The notes: generated by a model not told the origin, from the sequence alone. Shown: positions 37,199 to 45,893, counted from the first letter of the stretch. The stretch: 46,271 nt of DNA from Rhodothermales bacterium (GCA_040904565.1 JBBDTI010000027.1:1-46271); one strand, 5' to 3'. A program made the numbers and translations.

Positions 37199-38314
37199 CC
37201 GCATACCGGTTTCGCTAACCGTACGGAACCGCGGCCGGTCGAACTCGACGACATCCGCCCGTCCACCCTGGGTCGTCAGAAGGGACACGTAGCGCTCCCC
37301 CGACGAACCCAGGTAGGATCGATCCCCTTGCCCAACCACCCGCCCACTGGTCACGAGCGCGTGCGAGATCTCCGACATGCGCACGTAGGCAAGCTCGAAG
37401 CTGTCAACCTGTTTCGGTGAGGGGCGAATCCCGATCGGTACGTTCGTGTGAGTATACACGATTTCCCACGACCGCTGCCTTTCCCCGCTCTCGCGGAGCT
37501 CCGACCAATCGATGAGCCACTCGTAGCGGTCGATGATGTCGGGAACGCGCTCCAGCGGAACGGACACGGAATAATACGGCGTCTGCCGCTCCAGGAAATG
37601 CTCGATGGTAAGCGTCGAATCTTCCTCCAGCGCCAGGTAGAGTTCCGCCACATCGATGCCTGCAAGGTTGATGCCGTTGAACACGTCGTGCCAGTTTCGT
37701 GAGCTGAAATTCCGGTCGTACCAGTGCTGAAAGTTTCGATTCAGCAGCATGTTGATTTCGAAATGGAGGTGGGCGCGCCGGCGGTTGATGCCACGTCCCG
37801 TATATCCGAGTCGCCCGAGCTCGTCTCCCTGGTCGACGAGCATCCCGGGCTCTACACGTACCGTATTGAGATGCGCGTATAGACTGTAAAAGGGCGATCC
37901 GCTCCACCAGTGCTCCACGACGACGTACTTTCCGTAGGTGGAGCGTCCGGCTTGATCGTTGACGTAGACGACGTATCCGTCGTCGATAGTCCGAACGGTA
38001 TCCAGCGGCTCATCGTACCGATTGCGATAGAGCGCCTGGATGTCGACCCCCTCGTGAAAGCGCGTGTGCACGATCCCCGCGGCCGTCCGACGAGCGTTGC
38101 GTACGAAGCCGTACTGCCCCCCCTGCCACGGTCTCGAGCGCACTCCTTCGAAATTACGGTCGGTATACTGATAGAATGACGGGGGGTCCCCCCGCAGCAG
38201 CGCATCGTTGCTCGTAGGGAGCATCAGAGAAAGCGGATCCGCTCCGGCCGGCACGGCGAGGACCATCAACAGACCAAGTGTCGCGGCGCGAACGAAGATC
38301 GGGACTGCACTCAA
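37184..38314 (-). CDS. M23 family metallopeptidase, exported
   Basis: Signal peptide; FHEGVDI (HxxxD), YGKYVVVEH, LYAHL, AHLHFEI. Confidence 0.88.
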   Translation of the reverse strand: MSAVPIFVRAATLGLLMVLAVPAGADPLSLMLPTSNDALLRGDPPSFYQYTDRNFEGVRSRPWQGGQYGFVRNARRTAAGIVHTRFHEGVDIQALYRNRYDEPLDTVRTIDDGYVVYVNDQAGRSTYGKYVVVEHWWSGSPFYSLYAHLNTVRVEPGMLVDQGDELGRLGYTGRGINRRRAHLHFEINMLLNRNFQHWYDRNFSSRNWHDVFNGINLAGIDVAELYLALEEDSTLTIEHFLERQTPYYSVSVPLERVPDIIDRYEWLIDWSELRESGERQRSWEIVYTHTNVPIGIRPSPKQVDSFELAYVRMSEISHALVTSGRVVGQGDRSYLGSSGERYVSLLTTQGGRADVVEFDRPRFRTVSETGMRLRPW

Positions 38315-38404
38315 GGTGATACTGCTTCTTCGTGGACGTTAGGGAGGAGGGTCGGTGTGGGTTGTCAGCGAGGCTGCCCTCCGGCGCGTCTGCCTCACCG
38401 TCAA

Positions 38405-38441
38405 ATAGACCCTATACTATATAGACCCTATACTATATAGA
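38405..38441. repeat. Perfect 16-bp tandem duplication in divergent promoter region
   Basis: atagaccctatactat twice, followed by ataga. Confidence 0.85.
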
Positions 38442-38645
38442 TCGGCTGTGTTGGAACGTATATAAAGGTAATGTACGTTCCATTTGCACGCGGAACAACA
38501 GACGACGCGGATCCATCCGCTCCTGGAAGCTCCCTGACGGGGATCAGCCCGCATAGCTCGAACCCCTTTTTCCCCGGCCTCGACGCGGCACGGCGTCCGC
38601 GAGGCGTACCCGGGAGGAAACTTGCCGCGGCGTTGCGCCATTATC

Positions 38646-39017
38646 ATGCTAACGCTGCACGAACCGGCAAGAACCTTCCACGTGAGCACACCTTCTTCGT
38701 CCAACAGCCCGTCCGCCGGGAGTGATCCTCAGGGTCGGGATACCGCGTCGACCGGCCGACCCAACGGCAGCCACCGCGCCAAGCGCATCTTCACGTGGGT
38801 CGTCATTGTGGCGGCGCTGCTCTTCTTCGCTTCCGTGCTCCGGGAGTCTCTGGACCCGTTCGGCGATGCACCGTATCTGGAGATCTCTCATGGGGATCAC
38901 GTGCACTACGTTCCGCGCGATCGGGATCCGCGGGTGTCGATCAGCAACTTCCCCACACAGCAACCCGGCCCGAATGAAATGATTACGCCGGAGGGCCGGA
39001 TCGTCGAGCGAGAATAG
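38646..39017 (+). CDS. Small membrane-anchored protein with a single histidine-triad motif (SHGDHVHY)
   Basis: Basic stretch, TM helix (IFTWVVIVAALLFFASVL), then YLEISHGDHVHYVP. Start is 38646 (ATG) or 38682 (GTG). Confidence 0.7.
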   Translation: MLTLHEPARTFHVSTPSSSNSPSAGSDPQGRDTASTGRPNGSHRAKRIFTWVVIVAALLFFASVLRESLDPFGDAPYLEISHGDHVHYVPRDRDPRVSISNFPTQQPGPNEMITPEGRIVERE

Positions 39018-39792
39018 CGACGAGGACGAAGGCAGCGGCCTGGACGAGAATGATCGTGGCTCCACTGGGTACGTCTACCTGGTAGGAGAGGATGAGCCCG
39101 GCCGCGGCGCTGCCGACCCCCAGACAGGAGGCGACCACGGTCATCCGACCGAACGTCGGGCTGAGGAGGCGTGCCGTCGCCGCGGGGATGACGAGAAGGG
39201 CTGCGACGAGCAGAATACCCACCACCTTAACGGATACGACGACGGTTACGGCCAGGAGCACGGAAAGGACGTAGTCGTCGCGATCGACCGGCAGCCCGTC
39301 CGCCACGGCGAGCTCCGCGTCGAATGTCGCATACGCCCATCGGCTCCACATGGGCCACAGGGCCGCGGCGGCCACAGCTACTCCAGACGTGATCCACAGG
39401 TCGACCGGCGTCACGGCCAGGATGGAACCGAACAGGTACGTGAAAGCATCGGCCGTGTACGTCTCGCGAAGAGAGAGGAATATCACGCCGAGGGCGACGG
39501 CCACCGCAAAGACGATTCCGATGGCCGTATCGCCCGCGAGTCCGGTGCTCCGCCGGATCCAGTTGATGCTCAGCGCCACGAGGATGGTGAACGGCACGGC
39601 CACCCAGAGCGGCTCCGTCTGCAGCAGGAGTCCAAGTGCGACACCTCCGAACGCCGCATGGGCCAATCCGGCACCGAGAAAGCTGAGCCGGCGCTGGACG
39701 ACGAACACGCCGAAATAGCTCGCGAGAAAACCGACGAGGCACCCGGCCACGAGGGCTCTCTGCATGAAGGCAAGACCGAACAGCTCACCCAT
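38983..39792 (-). CDS. znuB: Zn/Mn ABC transporter permease
   Basis: FMQRAL, GVFVVQRRLSF..AGLAHAAFGG, DTAIG, YLFGSIL, VGILLV.ALLVIP. Start placed at ATG 39792. Confidence 0.92.
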   Translation of the reverse strand: MGELFGLAFMQRALVAGCLVGFLASYFGVFVVQRRLSFLGAGLAHAAFGGVALGLLLQTEPLWVAVPFTILVALSINWIRRSTGLAGDTAIGIVFAVAVALGVIFLSLRETYTADAFTYLFGSILAVTPVDLWITSGVAVAAAALWPMWSRWAYATFDAELAVADGLPVDRDDYVLSVLLAVTVVVSVKVVGILLVAALLVIPAATARLLSPTFGRMTVVASCLGVGSAAAGLILSYQVDVPSGATIILVQAAAFVLVAILARRSGPPA

Positions 39793-40555
39793 GGCCGTGC
39801 CCCATCCTGAACATGGCATGCTCGTGTCCGACATGCCCGAAAGCACGGCGCAGGTTTTCCTCGGTGAGCACGTGCTCGGCGGTTCCGTAGGCTATCTGCC
39901 GCCGGTTAAGGAGCAAGACGTGTGTGGCGTGGTGGAAGGCGACATTCCAGTCGTGCGTAACCATAATGATCGTCGCCCTCCGTTGCGCCTGGTACGTCTC
40001 CAGCACGTCGTAGAGGTCCAGGGCACCGGCAGCATCGATCCCCGTCGCGGGCTCGTCGAGCAGAACGAGGTGGGGATGTCGGATCAGGCTACGGGCCAGA
40101 TAGATGCGCTGCAGCTCGCCCCCGGAGAGGGTCGACAGCTGACGCTCTGCCAGGTGGACGCCGCCTGCATGTCCGAGGGCGTCCAGCGCCGCGCTGCGCT
40201 CCGAGGCAGACACGCGGAAGGGCCATCGACCGCGCATGCCGGACACGACCAGCTCCACCGATGTGGCCGGAAATCGACGTTCCAGCGTCTTCACCTGAGG
40301 CACGTACCCGACGAGCCCGGAACCCGCCTTACGCGGGTCCCGGCGCAGCACGCGGATGCTTCCCCTCGATGGTGAAACGATACCGGCGAGTGCCTTGATG
40401 AGCGATGTCTTGCCAGAGCCGTTCGGACCGAGGACGGCTACGAAGCTACCCTCGGGGGCTGTAAACGTAACCCCGCTGAGGCCCTGCTGGGTACCGTAGT
40501 CGACGTGGAGATCGTCCACGGCGACGGCGTCATCGATCGGTTGGTTCGTTGTCAA
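39785..40555 (-). CDS. znuC: Zn/Mn ABC transporter ATP-binding protein
   Basis: GPNGSGKTS, GYVPQ, LSGGELQR, LDEPATGID, VTHD, His-rich C-terminus. Confidence 0.92.
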   Translation of the reverse strand: MTTNQPIDDAVAVDDLHVDYGTQQGLSGVTFTAPEGSFVAVLGPNGSGKTSLIKALAGIVSPSRGSIRVLRRDPRKAGSGLVGYVPQVKTLERRFPATSVELVVSGMRGRWPFRVSASERSAALDALGHAGGVHLAERQLSTLSGGELQRIYLARSLIRHPHLVLLDEPATGIDAAGALDLYDVLETYQAQRRATIIMVTHDWNVAFHHATHVLLLNRRQIAYGTAEHVLTEENLRRAFGHVGHEHAMFRMGHGHG

Positions 40556-41427
40556 TGCGATGCGTCGGAGTCGGCCAGCGCGTTCGAAATGCGTCTCGCG
40601 TTAAGGTACAGAAGATTCGGGAGGCCTTCGCCGGAAGCCATGGGATCGAGCTCTACGTGCGGGATTCCTACCGCCTCCGCGACGGCGGCTGCCGGCCGAC
40701 TGTCGTGTTGCGGTTGCGAGAAAACGGCACGCGCCCTTGCATCGCGTGCCGCGTCGATCATTCGATGGAGTCCACGCGGCGTCGGCTCGCTGCCGGAGAG
40801 CTCCTCGACGATCCCTACGACGCGGAGATCGTACCTTTCGGCGAAATAGTGAAGAAAGGGATGGGCCAGGACCACGCGCGCGCCGGCGACAGGGTCCATC
40901 ATGATGCGGAGCGAATCGTGGACGACGTCGAGCTCCTGCGCGAACGCACGGGCATTCGACCTGTACGTCGAACACCGTTCCGGTTCCACCGAACAGAGGA
41001 CGTCCGCCAGCTCGCCGGCGACGGACTTGACGGCGATCGGGTCCATCCAGAAATGCGGATCGACGCCGTGGCCGTGAAAGGCGGGCAGGCGCAGCGAATC
41101 GGGCAGCAGATCCACCAGCGCCACGTGGGACGGTGACTCCAGCGTCGCGGCCCAGCCGTCCAGCGTCTCGGATCCGTAAAAGAGCACGTCTGCTCGCGCC
41201 GCCTTCCGTGCGTCGGACGGACGGGGTTCGTACGTGTGCGGCGATGCACCGCCCGGTACGAGGACCGCGACGGGCTCGCCGGCTACCGGTGAGACCACCG
41301 CGGCGAGCGGCGGAAGGGTAGCCACGAAGCGCGCGCTCGACTCCTCTTCGCCGCGGCACCCCAGGAGCACCGAGAGCAGCAAGACGACCGTGGTCTTATA
41401 AAAACAGCTTGTAGAGGAGCTTAACAT
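40552..41427 (-). CDS. znuA: Zn ABC transporter substrate-binding lipoprotein (cluster A-I)
   Basis: Lipobox LLGC; GASPHTYEP, DPHFWMDP, AHPFLHYF, LDP. The third ligand is His, which indicates the Zn type. Confidence 0.9.
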   Translation of the reverse strand: MLSSSTSCFYKTTVVLLLSVLLGCRGEEESSARFVATLPPLAAVVSPVAGEPVAVLVPGGASPHTYEPRPSDARKAARADVLFYGSETLDGWAATLESPSHVALVDLLPDSLRLPAFHGHGVDPHFWMDPIAVKSVAGELADVLCSVEPERCSTYRSNARAFAQELDVVHDSLRIMMDPVAGARVVLAHPFLHYFAERYDLRVVGIVEELSGSEPTPRGLHRMIDAARDARARAVFSQPQHDSRPAAAVAEAVGIPHVELDPMASGEGLPNLLYLNARRISNALADSDASH

Positions 41428-43597
41428 TTCGGCCCTGTTCGGGCATTACGCTTTTAACTCTGGAAAGATGGTCCCGGTATTCCGTATCGGTAACGTTTTC
41501 GACCCCGAGGTCGATCGTGTGCAGAAAGCGGCCCGTCGTCAGATGATACTGAGCGTACGATCCGAATACGACGTAGCCGTCCGTCGGCTCCTCGAACTCA
41601 CTGACGCGGTCCTGTTCACTGGCCGATCGGACGGTGGCACCGACGGTAAGGCGATTCCAGCTGTACGAAGCGTCGATTTTCCCGCGCAGCGGGGGCATCC
41701 ACGGCAGGGGCTCGTCGCGGTCGGTGAGCGTCCCGTGCACGTATTCGGCGGACCCCGACACGGAGACCGACGGTGACGGTCGGACCGTCGCACTGGCCTC
41801 AGCGCCGATCATCCGAGCCTTCGCTCCGGTTTGCTGATAGATCGGAAGCAACGTTCGCGTGTTCATCTCGCCCGTATTCCTGGGGTAGATGAAATCGTCG
41901 ATGTCGTTGCGAAAGAGCGTCAACGAACCCGAAAGGTGCGCGCTCTCGAACTGGCCGAAGACTTCGGCGCCCAGGCCGCGTTCTACGCCGAGGTCGGCGT
42001 TCCCGATCTCGAAGGAATAGGACGCCAGGTGCGGTCCTTCCGAAAACAGCTCCTCGATGCCCGGCACGCGCAGCGACCGCATCAGAGACGCCCCCGCCGT
42101 AACGGATTCGGAGGGGTGGATGAGTCCGCGCACGGATGCCGAAACGCCGCCGAACGAGCGTGTTCGTACGATGCCGGCAGGAGATTCTCTGTCGGCGACT
42201 CGTGGACGTACCGTACGGACGTCATAGCGCAGCCCTCCCTGCAGCGTGAAACCCTCAAAGTGAAGATCTTCGTACCCGAACCCCGCCACCGTCCATTCCG
42301 TCGAGTTAGGTGTAAATGAAAAGCCCCCCGATGCATAGTCCCGATACTCGCCCCAGAATCCGACCGCACCCTTACGGAAATGTCCGTTCTGGTGGGTGTG
42401 GAAAAGCATGCTTCCGTGATAGGACAGGAGGCCGAATTCGATGCCGAGCACGTCGTCCGACTCCCACTCCTGGTGTGCGTAGCGGGATGCGGACCCGTCG
42501 ATTTCGACGCGCGGGACGAAAGGAAGCGGGTCGAAGATTTCCGCCCGCACTTCCACCCGTTCACGCTGGACGTCTATGTTGACGCCGTTCGGATGCGCCC
42601 CTACGAATCCGCCCGGAATGCCGTAGGTCGACTCGTAATAGCTGCCGGAGATTCCGGCGTGGCCCCAATCCTCGACGACGCTGCCGCCGAACGATCCGCT
42701 ATAGGTCGTCAGGGCTGTGTTTTCGAGTGGACCGATGGGCGTAGACACGTCGCCGGCTTCCCTGAGGCTTCCGTCGGCGTGCAGCGCCACGGGGCCTACC
42801 GGCGCCTCGATGCCGAAGCCGCCCGAGAACCCGGAATTCGCCGACTCCCCCTGGATGCTCGTACCGACGTTCACCTGCCGGGGCATGCTGGACGGAATGT
42901 AGCCGCGTACCACGTTGATCACGCCGCCGAGCGTGTTCGGACCGTAGATGAGGGCGGCCGGGCCGCGTATCACCTCGATCCGTTTCGCGGTGAGCGGATC
43001 GACGACCACGGCGTGGTCGGTGGACGTAGCGGATAGATCGCCCGTTCGTCCGCCATCTTCCAGTACCAACAGACGCTCCCCTCCCAGCCCGCGCAGCACG
43101 GGTCGTGCCGGAGCGGGTCCCATGGAGCGCATGGACACGCCCGGCTCGTCGGCGAGGGTCTCGGCGATGGTCGTTCCGAGGTTCTGCCGCAGTTTCTTGC
43201 CTTCGACCTGCATGGCGGCATCAGCCAGCTGATCCACTGGAGAGCTGACGCCCTGCACGATCACCTCGCCCTGCTCGATCGGCGTCACCGACATCCGCAA
43301 CGTGATGCGCAGCGTGTCGGCGGCAGCGAGCTGAACGGACCGGATGAGCGGTTCGTATCCGATACGATACGCCTTGAGCGTATACGCGTCCGGCTGAACC
43401 AATCGGATTTCGAAATAGCCGTTCCTGTCGGCCGTCGCCGATCGGTTCGCCTCCTCCAGCAGCACCTGGACGAATCCGACGGGCTCGCCGGTCTCGGCGT
43501 CTATGGCCGTACCGGCGACGGTGCTCGTGCTCTGGGCACGAGCACCCGTCACCAACGCAACGGCGAACAGGATCGCGACGAGTGTTGCTAACCGCAT
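41396..43597 (-). CDS. TonB-dependent receptor (ZnuD-like metal importer) with N-terminal CarboxypepD_reg-like domain
   Basis: Signal peptide; plug motifs ARPVLRGLGGER, DHAV, IEVIRGPAALIYG; ELFSEGPH; NVTDTEYRDHLS; C-terminal GRNVKLLYKLFL. Confidence 0.92.
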   Translation of the reverse strand: MRLATLVAILFAVALVTGARAQSTSTVAGTAIDAETGEPVGFVQVLLEEANRSATADRNGYFEIRLVQPDAYTLKAYRIGYEPLIRSVQLAAADTLRITLRMSVTPIEQGEVIVQGVSSPVDQLADAAMQVEGKKLRQNLGTTIAETLADEPGVSMRSMGPAPARPVLRGLGGERLLVLEDGGRTGDLSATSTDHAVVVDPLTAKRIEVIRGPAALIYGPNTLGGVINVVRGYIPSSMPRQVNVGTSIQGESANSGFSGGFGIEAPVGPVALHADGSLREAGDVSTPIGPLENTALTTYSGSFGGSVVEDWGHAGISGSYYESTYGIPGGFVGAHPNGVNIDVQRERVEVRAEIFDPLPFVPRVEIDGSASRYAHQEWESDDVLGIEFGLLSYHGSMLFHTHQNGHFRKGAVGFWGEYRDYASGGFSFTPNSTEWTVAGFGYEDLHFEGFTLQGGLRYDVRTVRPRVADRESPAGIVRTRSFGGVSASVRGLIHPSESVTAGASLMRSLRVPGIEELFSEGPHLASYSFEIGNADLGVERGLGAEVFGQFESAHLSGSLTLFRNDIDDFIYPRNTGEMNTRTLLPIYQQTGAKARMIGAEASATVRPSPSVSVSGSAEYVHGTLTDRDEPLPWMPPLRGKIDASYSWNRLTVGATVRSASEQDRVSEFEEPTDGYVVFGSYAQYHLTTGRFLHTIDLGVENVTDTEYRDHLSRVKSVMPEQGRNVKLLYKLFL

Positions 43598-43603
43598 ATC
43601 AAT

Positions 43604-44056
43604 TCACTCAACATGAACGTGGATGTCGGGCGTCGTGAAATCAGCGTGGCCTCCGTGCATCAGCTGCACGCTAAGATCCGTAACACCTGCGGCCCCCGGC
43701 GTGAGACTAAACGACCAGTCGCCCGTCTGCGAGGCGGTAACGACACTTTCGTCCGCAATCTCCCAGCCGAGGCTGAAGTCCTCGTCGAGATCTTCCGCAT
43801 GGATGCGGTCGCCGTCGTGGTCGAGAAACTCGACGTCGATCTCCACGCTGCCTCCATCGGCGGCGATCTCCAGCTCCCCGGTAACCTCGCCCTCCAGCAC
43901 GCGGACGACTTCCTCGCCGCCGACCATCAGGGCAACGCCCTCGACTTCCGCGTGATCGTCATCAAGCTCGTCCTCTACGGGATTGTCGCAGGCCGCGACC
44001 AACCCGATGAATCCGAATACCAAAACGGCAGACAAAATGCGCTTATACGTAGACAT
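43604..44056 (-). CDS. Acidic His-bearing lipoprotein, putative metal-binding partner of the TonB receptor
   Basis: AAGGAG SD before ATG 44056; lipobox VAAC; DDDHAEVEG, HDGDRIH, MHGGHADF, IHVH. Confidence 0.8.
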   Translation of the reverse strand: MSTYKRILSAVLVFGFIGLVAACDNPVEDELDDDHAEVEGVALMVGGEEVVRVLEGEVTGELEIAADGGSVEIDVEFLDHDGDRIHAEDLDEDFSLGWEIADESVVTASQTGDWSFSLTPGAAGVTDLSVQLMHGGHADFTTPDIHVHVE

Positions 44057-44057
44057 G

Positions 44058-44193
44058 TCCAGTACTCCTTGATAAATGTGTCCTGCAGACGGGATCGACG
44101 TACCCTGATGCGAACAGGGAGGCACGTCTCCTGGGGACCGCCGTAGCGCGGCGGTCCATCTAGCAATTCAGGACATCACCGGAGGAGCCCGGA
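44058..44193 (-). promoter_or_regulatory. Predicted SD-sequestering mRNA structure linking leader-peptide RAPP codons to lipoprotein RBS
   Basis: On the mRNA, TCCGG-GCTCCT-...-TGTCCTG (RAPP..stop codons) is complementary to CAGGACA-...-AGGAGT-A-CTGGA. Internal hairpins at 44097-44128 and 44135-44157. Confidence 0.65.
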
Positions 44194-44548
44194 TCTGGCG
44201 GGACGCGGGTGCGCGCGTCGAATGCACCGCGTCGTGAGGGAAAAGCTTGTCATCTACGTACCGAAACGGGACGACGGGGTCGGACGGTCTCGGCGTGTCG
44301 AGCGTCAGGCGCGCGCACAGGTCACAGTTGGGATTGTGCGGAACGGTCCGTTCCTCGACGAGAAAATCGAGCGCCTGGATACCGCCGGGACCGGCAGCGA
44401 TCTGAGACAGATCGGCCTGGGACGGTCCGTGACGATGCTCGAGACTCCGGATATGCGTGAGCTCGTGCGCAAATGGCAGTGCGATTCCGCCGACCGTAAA
44501 AACGGTCAGCAGAATCATCGCATATCGCTGGAGCCTGGTGCGCATCAT
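44168..44548 (-). CDS. DUF2946-like (CruR/CutF-type) exported leader/arrest peptide with His cluster, CxxC and C-terminal RAPP
   Basis: N-terminal signal/TM, AHELTH..EHRH, HNPNCDLC, Pro-rich linker, ends RQIRAPPVMS*; directly upstream of a lipoprotein and TonB receptor. Confidence 0.8.
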   Translation of the reverse strand: MMRTRLQRYAMILLTVFTVGGIALPFAHELTHIRSLEHRHGPSQADLSQIAAGPGGIQALDFLVEERTVPHNPNCDLCARLTLDTPRPSDPVVPFRYVDDKLFPHDAVHSTRAPASRQIRAPPVMS

Positions 44549-44670
44549 ACCGTGACGTACAGTGTGACCTGTCAGGACCATGTATCCTGACCCGTCCACA
44601 GAAGTTTCCGAGGGCGGTCTGTTGGCGGCGGCGATTCACCGTCGGATATCACGCGGCGCATCGCTGCGGT

Positions 44671-45255
44671 CTATGCCGCGCTGGTATAGAGCTCGTAGTC
44701 CGCTTCGACGTCGCCCCTGGACATGTCTCGCAGCTTGCGGCGTAGCAGTCGGCGACGGAACGCACTGATGTGATCGACGAACAGCACGCCGTCGAGGTGA
44801 TCGATCTCGTGCTGAATGACGCGAGCCAGCATCTCCCCGACCTCCAGCTCGCGGGCCTCGAAGTTTTGATCCAGGTACGTGATCCGAACGCGCAACGGCC
44901 GAACGACGATTTCTCGGATATCCGGAATCGACAGACAACCTTCCTCGAACTCGCTAGCCTCGTCGCTTTCCCAGACGATGGTCGGGTTGACGAACACCAT
45001 CGGCTGTGGTGGCAGGTTCTCCAGATCTCCCGGAACGTCTGACTCGTCTGCCGCCTCGTACATGGGCGTCACGTCCGCCACGAAAACGCGTTCGGTCCGA
45101 CCGACCTGGGGTGCCGCCAGACCGACGCCCTCTGCGCCGCGCATCGTCTCGATCATATCGTTGATCAGCTGCTGCAGCTCTTCGCTGTCGGACGAAACGT
45201 CTTCCGTTTCAGTGCGAAGAGCCGGATCGCCGTAAACGCGAATGGGCAATATCAT
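44671..45255 (-). CDS. def: Peptide deformylase
   Basis: GVGLAAPQVG, EGCLSIP, QHEIDHLDG. Start placed at ATG 45255. Confidence 0.97.
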   Translation of the reverse strand: MILPIRVYGDPALRTETEDVSSDSEELQQLINDMIETMRGAEGVGLAAPQVGRTERVFVADVTPMYEAADESDVPGDLENLPPQPMVFVNPTIVWESDEASEFEEGCLSIPDIREIVVRPLRVRITYLDQNFEARELEVGEMLARVIQHEIDHLDGVLFVDHISAFRRRLLRRKLRDMSRGDVEADYELYTSAA

Positions 45256-45406
45256 ACTGCGGGATCCTGTTGCCTCATGGAGCGGGTCATGCGGCGGGCA
45301 TCGGTTGGGAATCGTAGGGTATCCCGTGCCCGCCTGGTCACTTTCTAAAACACGGTGTAGGTACGAAAAGTGCCGCTTTAACCAAATCGTCACCGTCCAC
45401 CAACGG

Positions 45407-45853
45407 CTAAGAAGGGAAGTGGGGGGATGGCGGCCCTTCATCGATATACTCCTGAAGGATGACGGCCGCGGCGGCCGCGTCGACCCGACCCTTCTCCCTG
45501 CGGTCCTTCCGGCGCACGCCCGCATCGACCAGGGCCTCGACGGCCCGTTCCGAGGAGTACCGTTCGTCCCACGTCTCCACCGTGACCGAAGGAAAGGCTG
45601 TCCGGATCCTGTTTACGAACGGCCGCACGCGTTCGATCGCCCTGCCCTCCTCGCCGTCCGGCGTAAGCGGCCAGCCGACAACCACGGTATCGAAGCCCGG
45701 TTCGGCGTGCATCTCAACGAGGCGCGCAAACGCGGCCTCCACCGTATAGGTCCCTTCCGCCTGTGCAAACACGCGAAGCGGGTCGGACACCGCGATGCCG
45801 ACCCGCTTCGTTCCGTAGTCGATCCCTATCAGACGCGGGTACTGCGTATTCAT
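45407..45853 (-). CDS. ruvX: YqgF/RuvX pre-16S rRNA nuclease
   Basis: IGIDYGTKRVGIAVSD, VVGWP, WDERYSS, VDAAAAAVILQEY. Confidence 0.93.
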   Translation of the reverse strand: MNTQYPRLIGIDYGTKRVGIAVSDPLRVFAQAEGTYTVEAAFARLVEMHAEPGFDTVVVGWPLTPDGEEGRAIERVRPFVNRIRTAFPSVTVETWDERYSSERAVEALVDAGVRRKDRREKGRVDAAAAAVILQEYIDEGPPSPHFPS

Positions 45854-45893
45854 GTTAACCTGCGAGACCCGGACCCGGCGCTTCGAACGGCGG

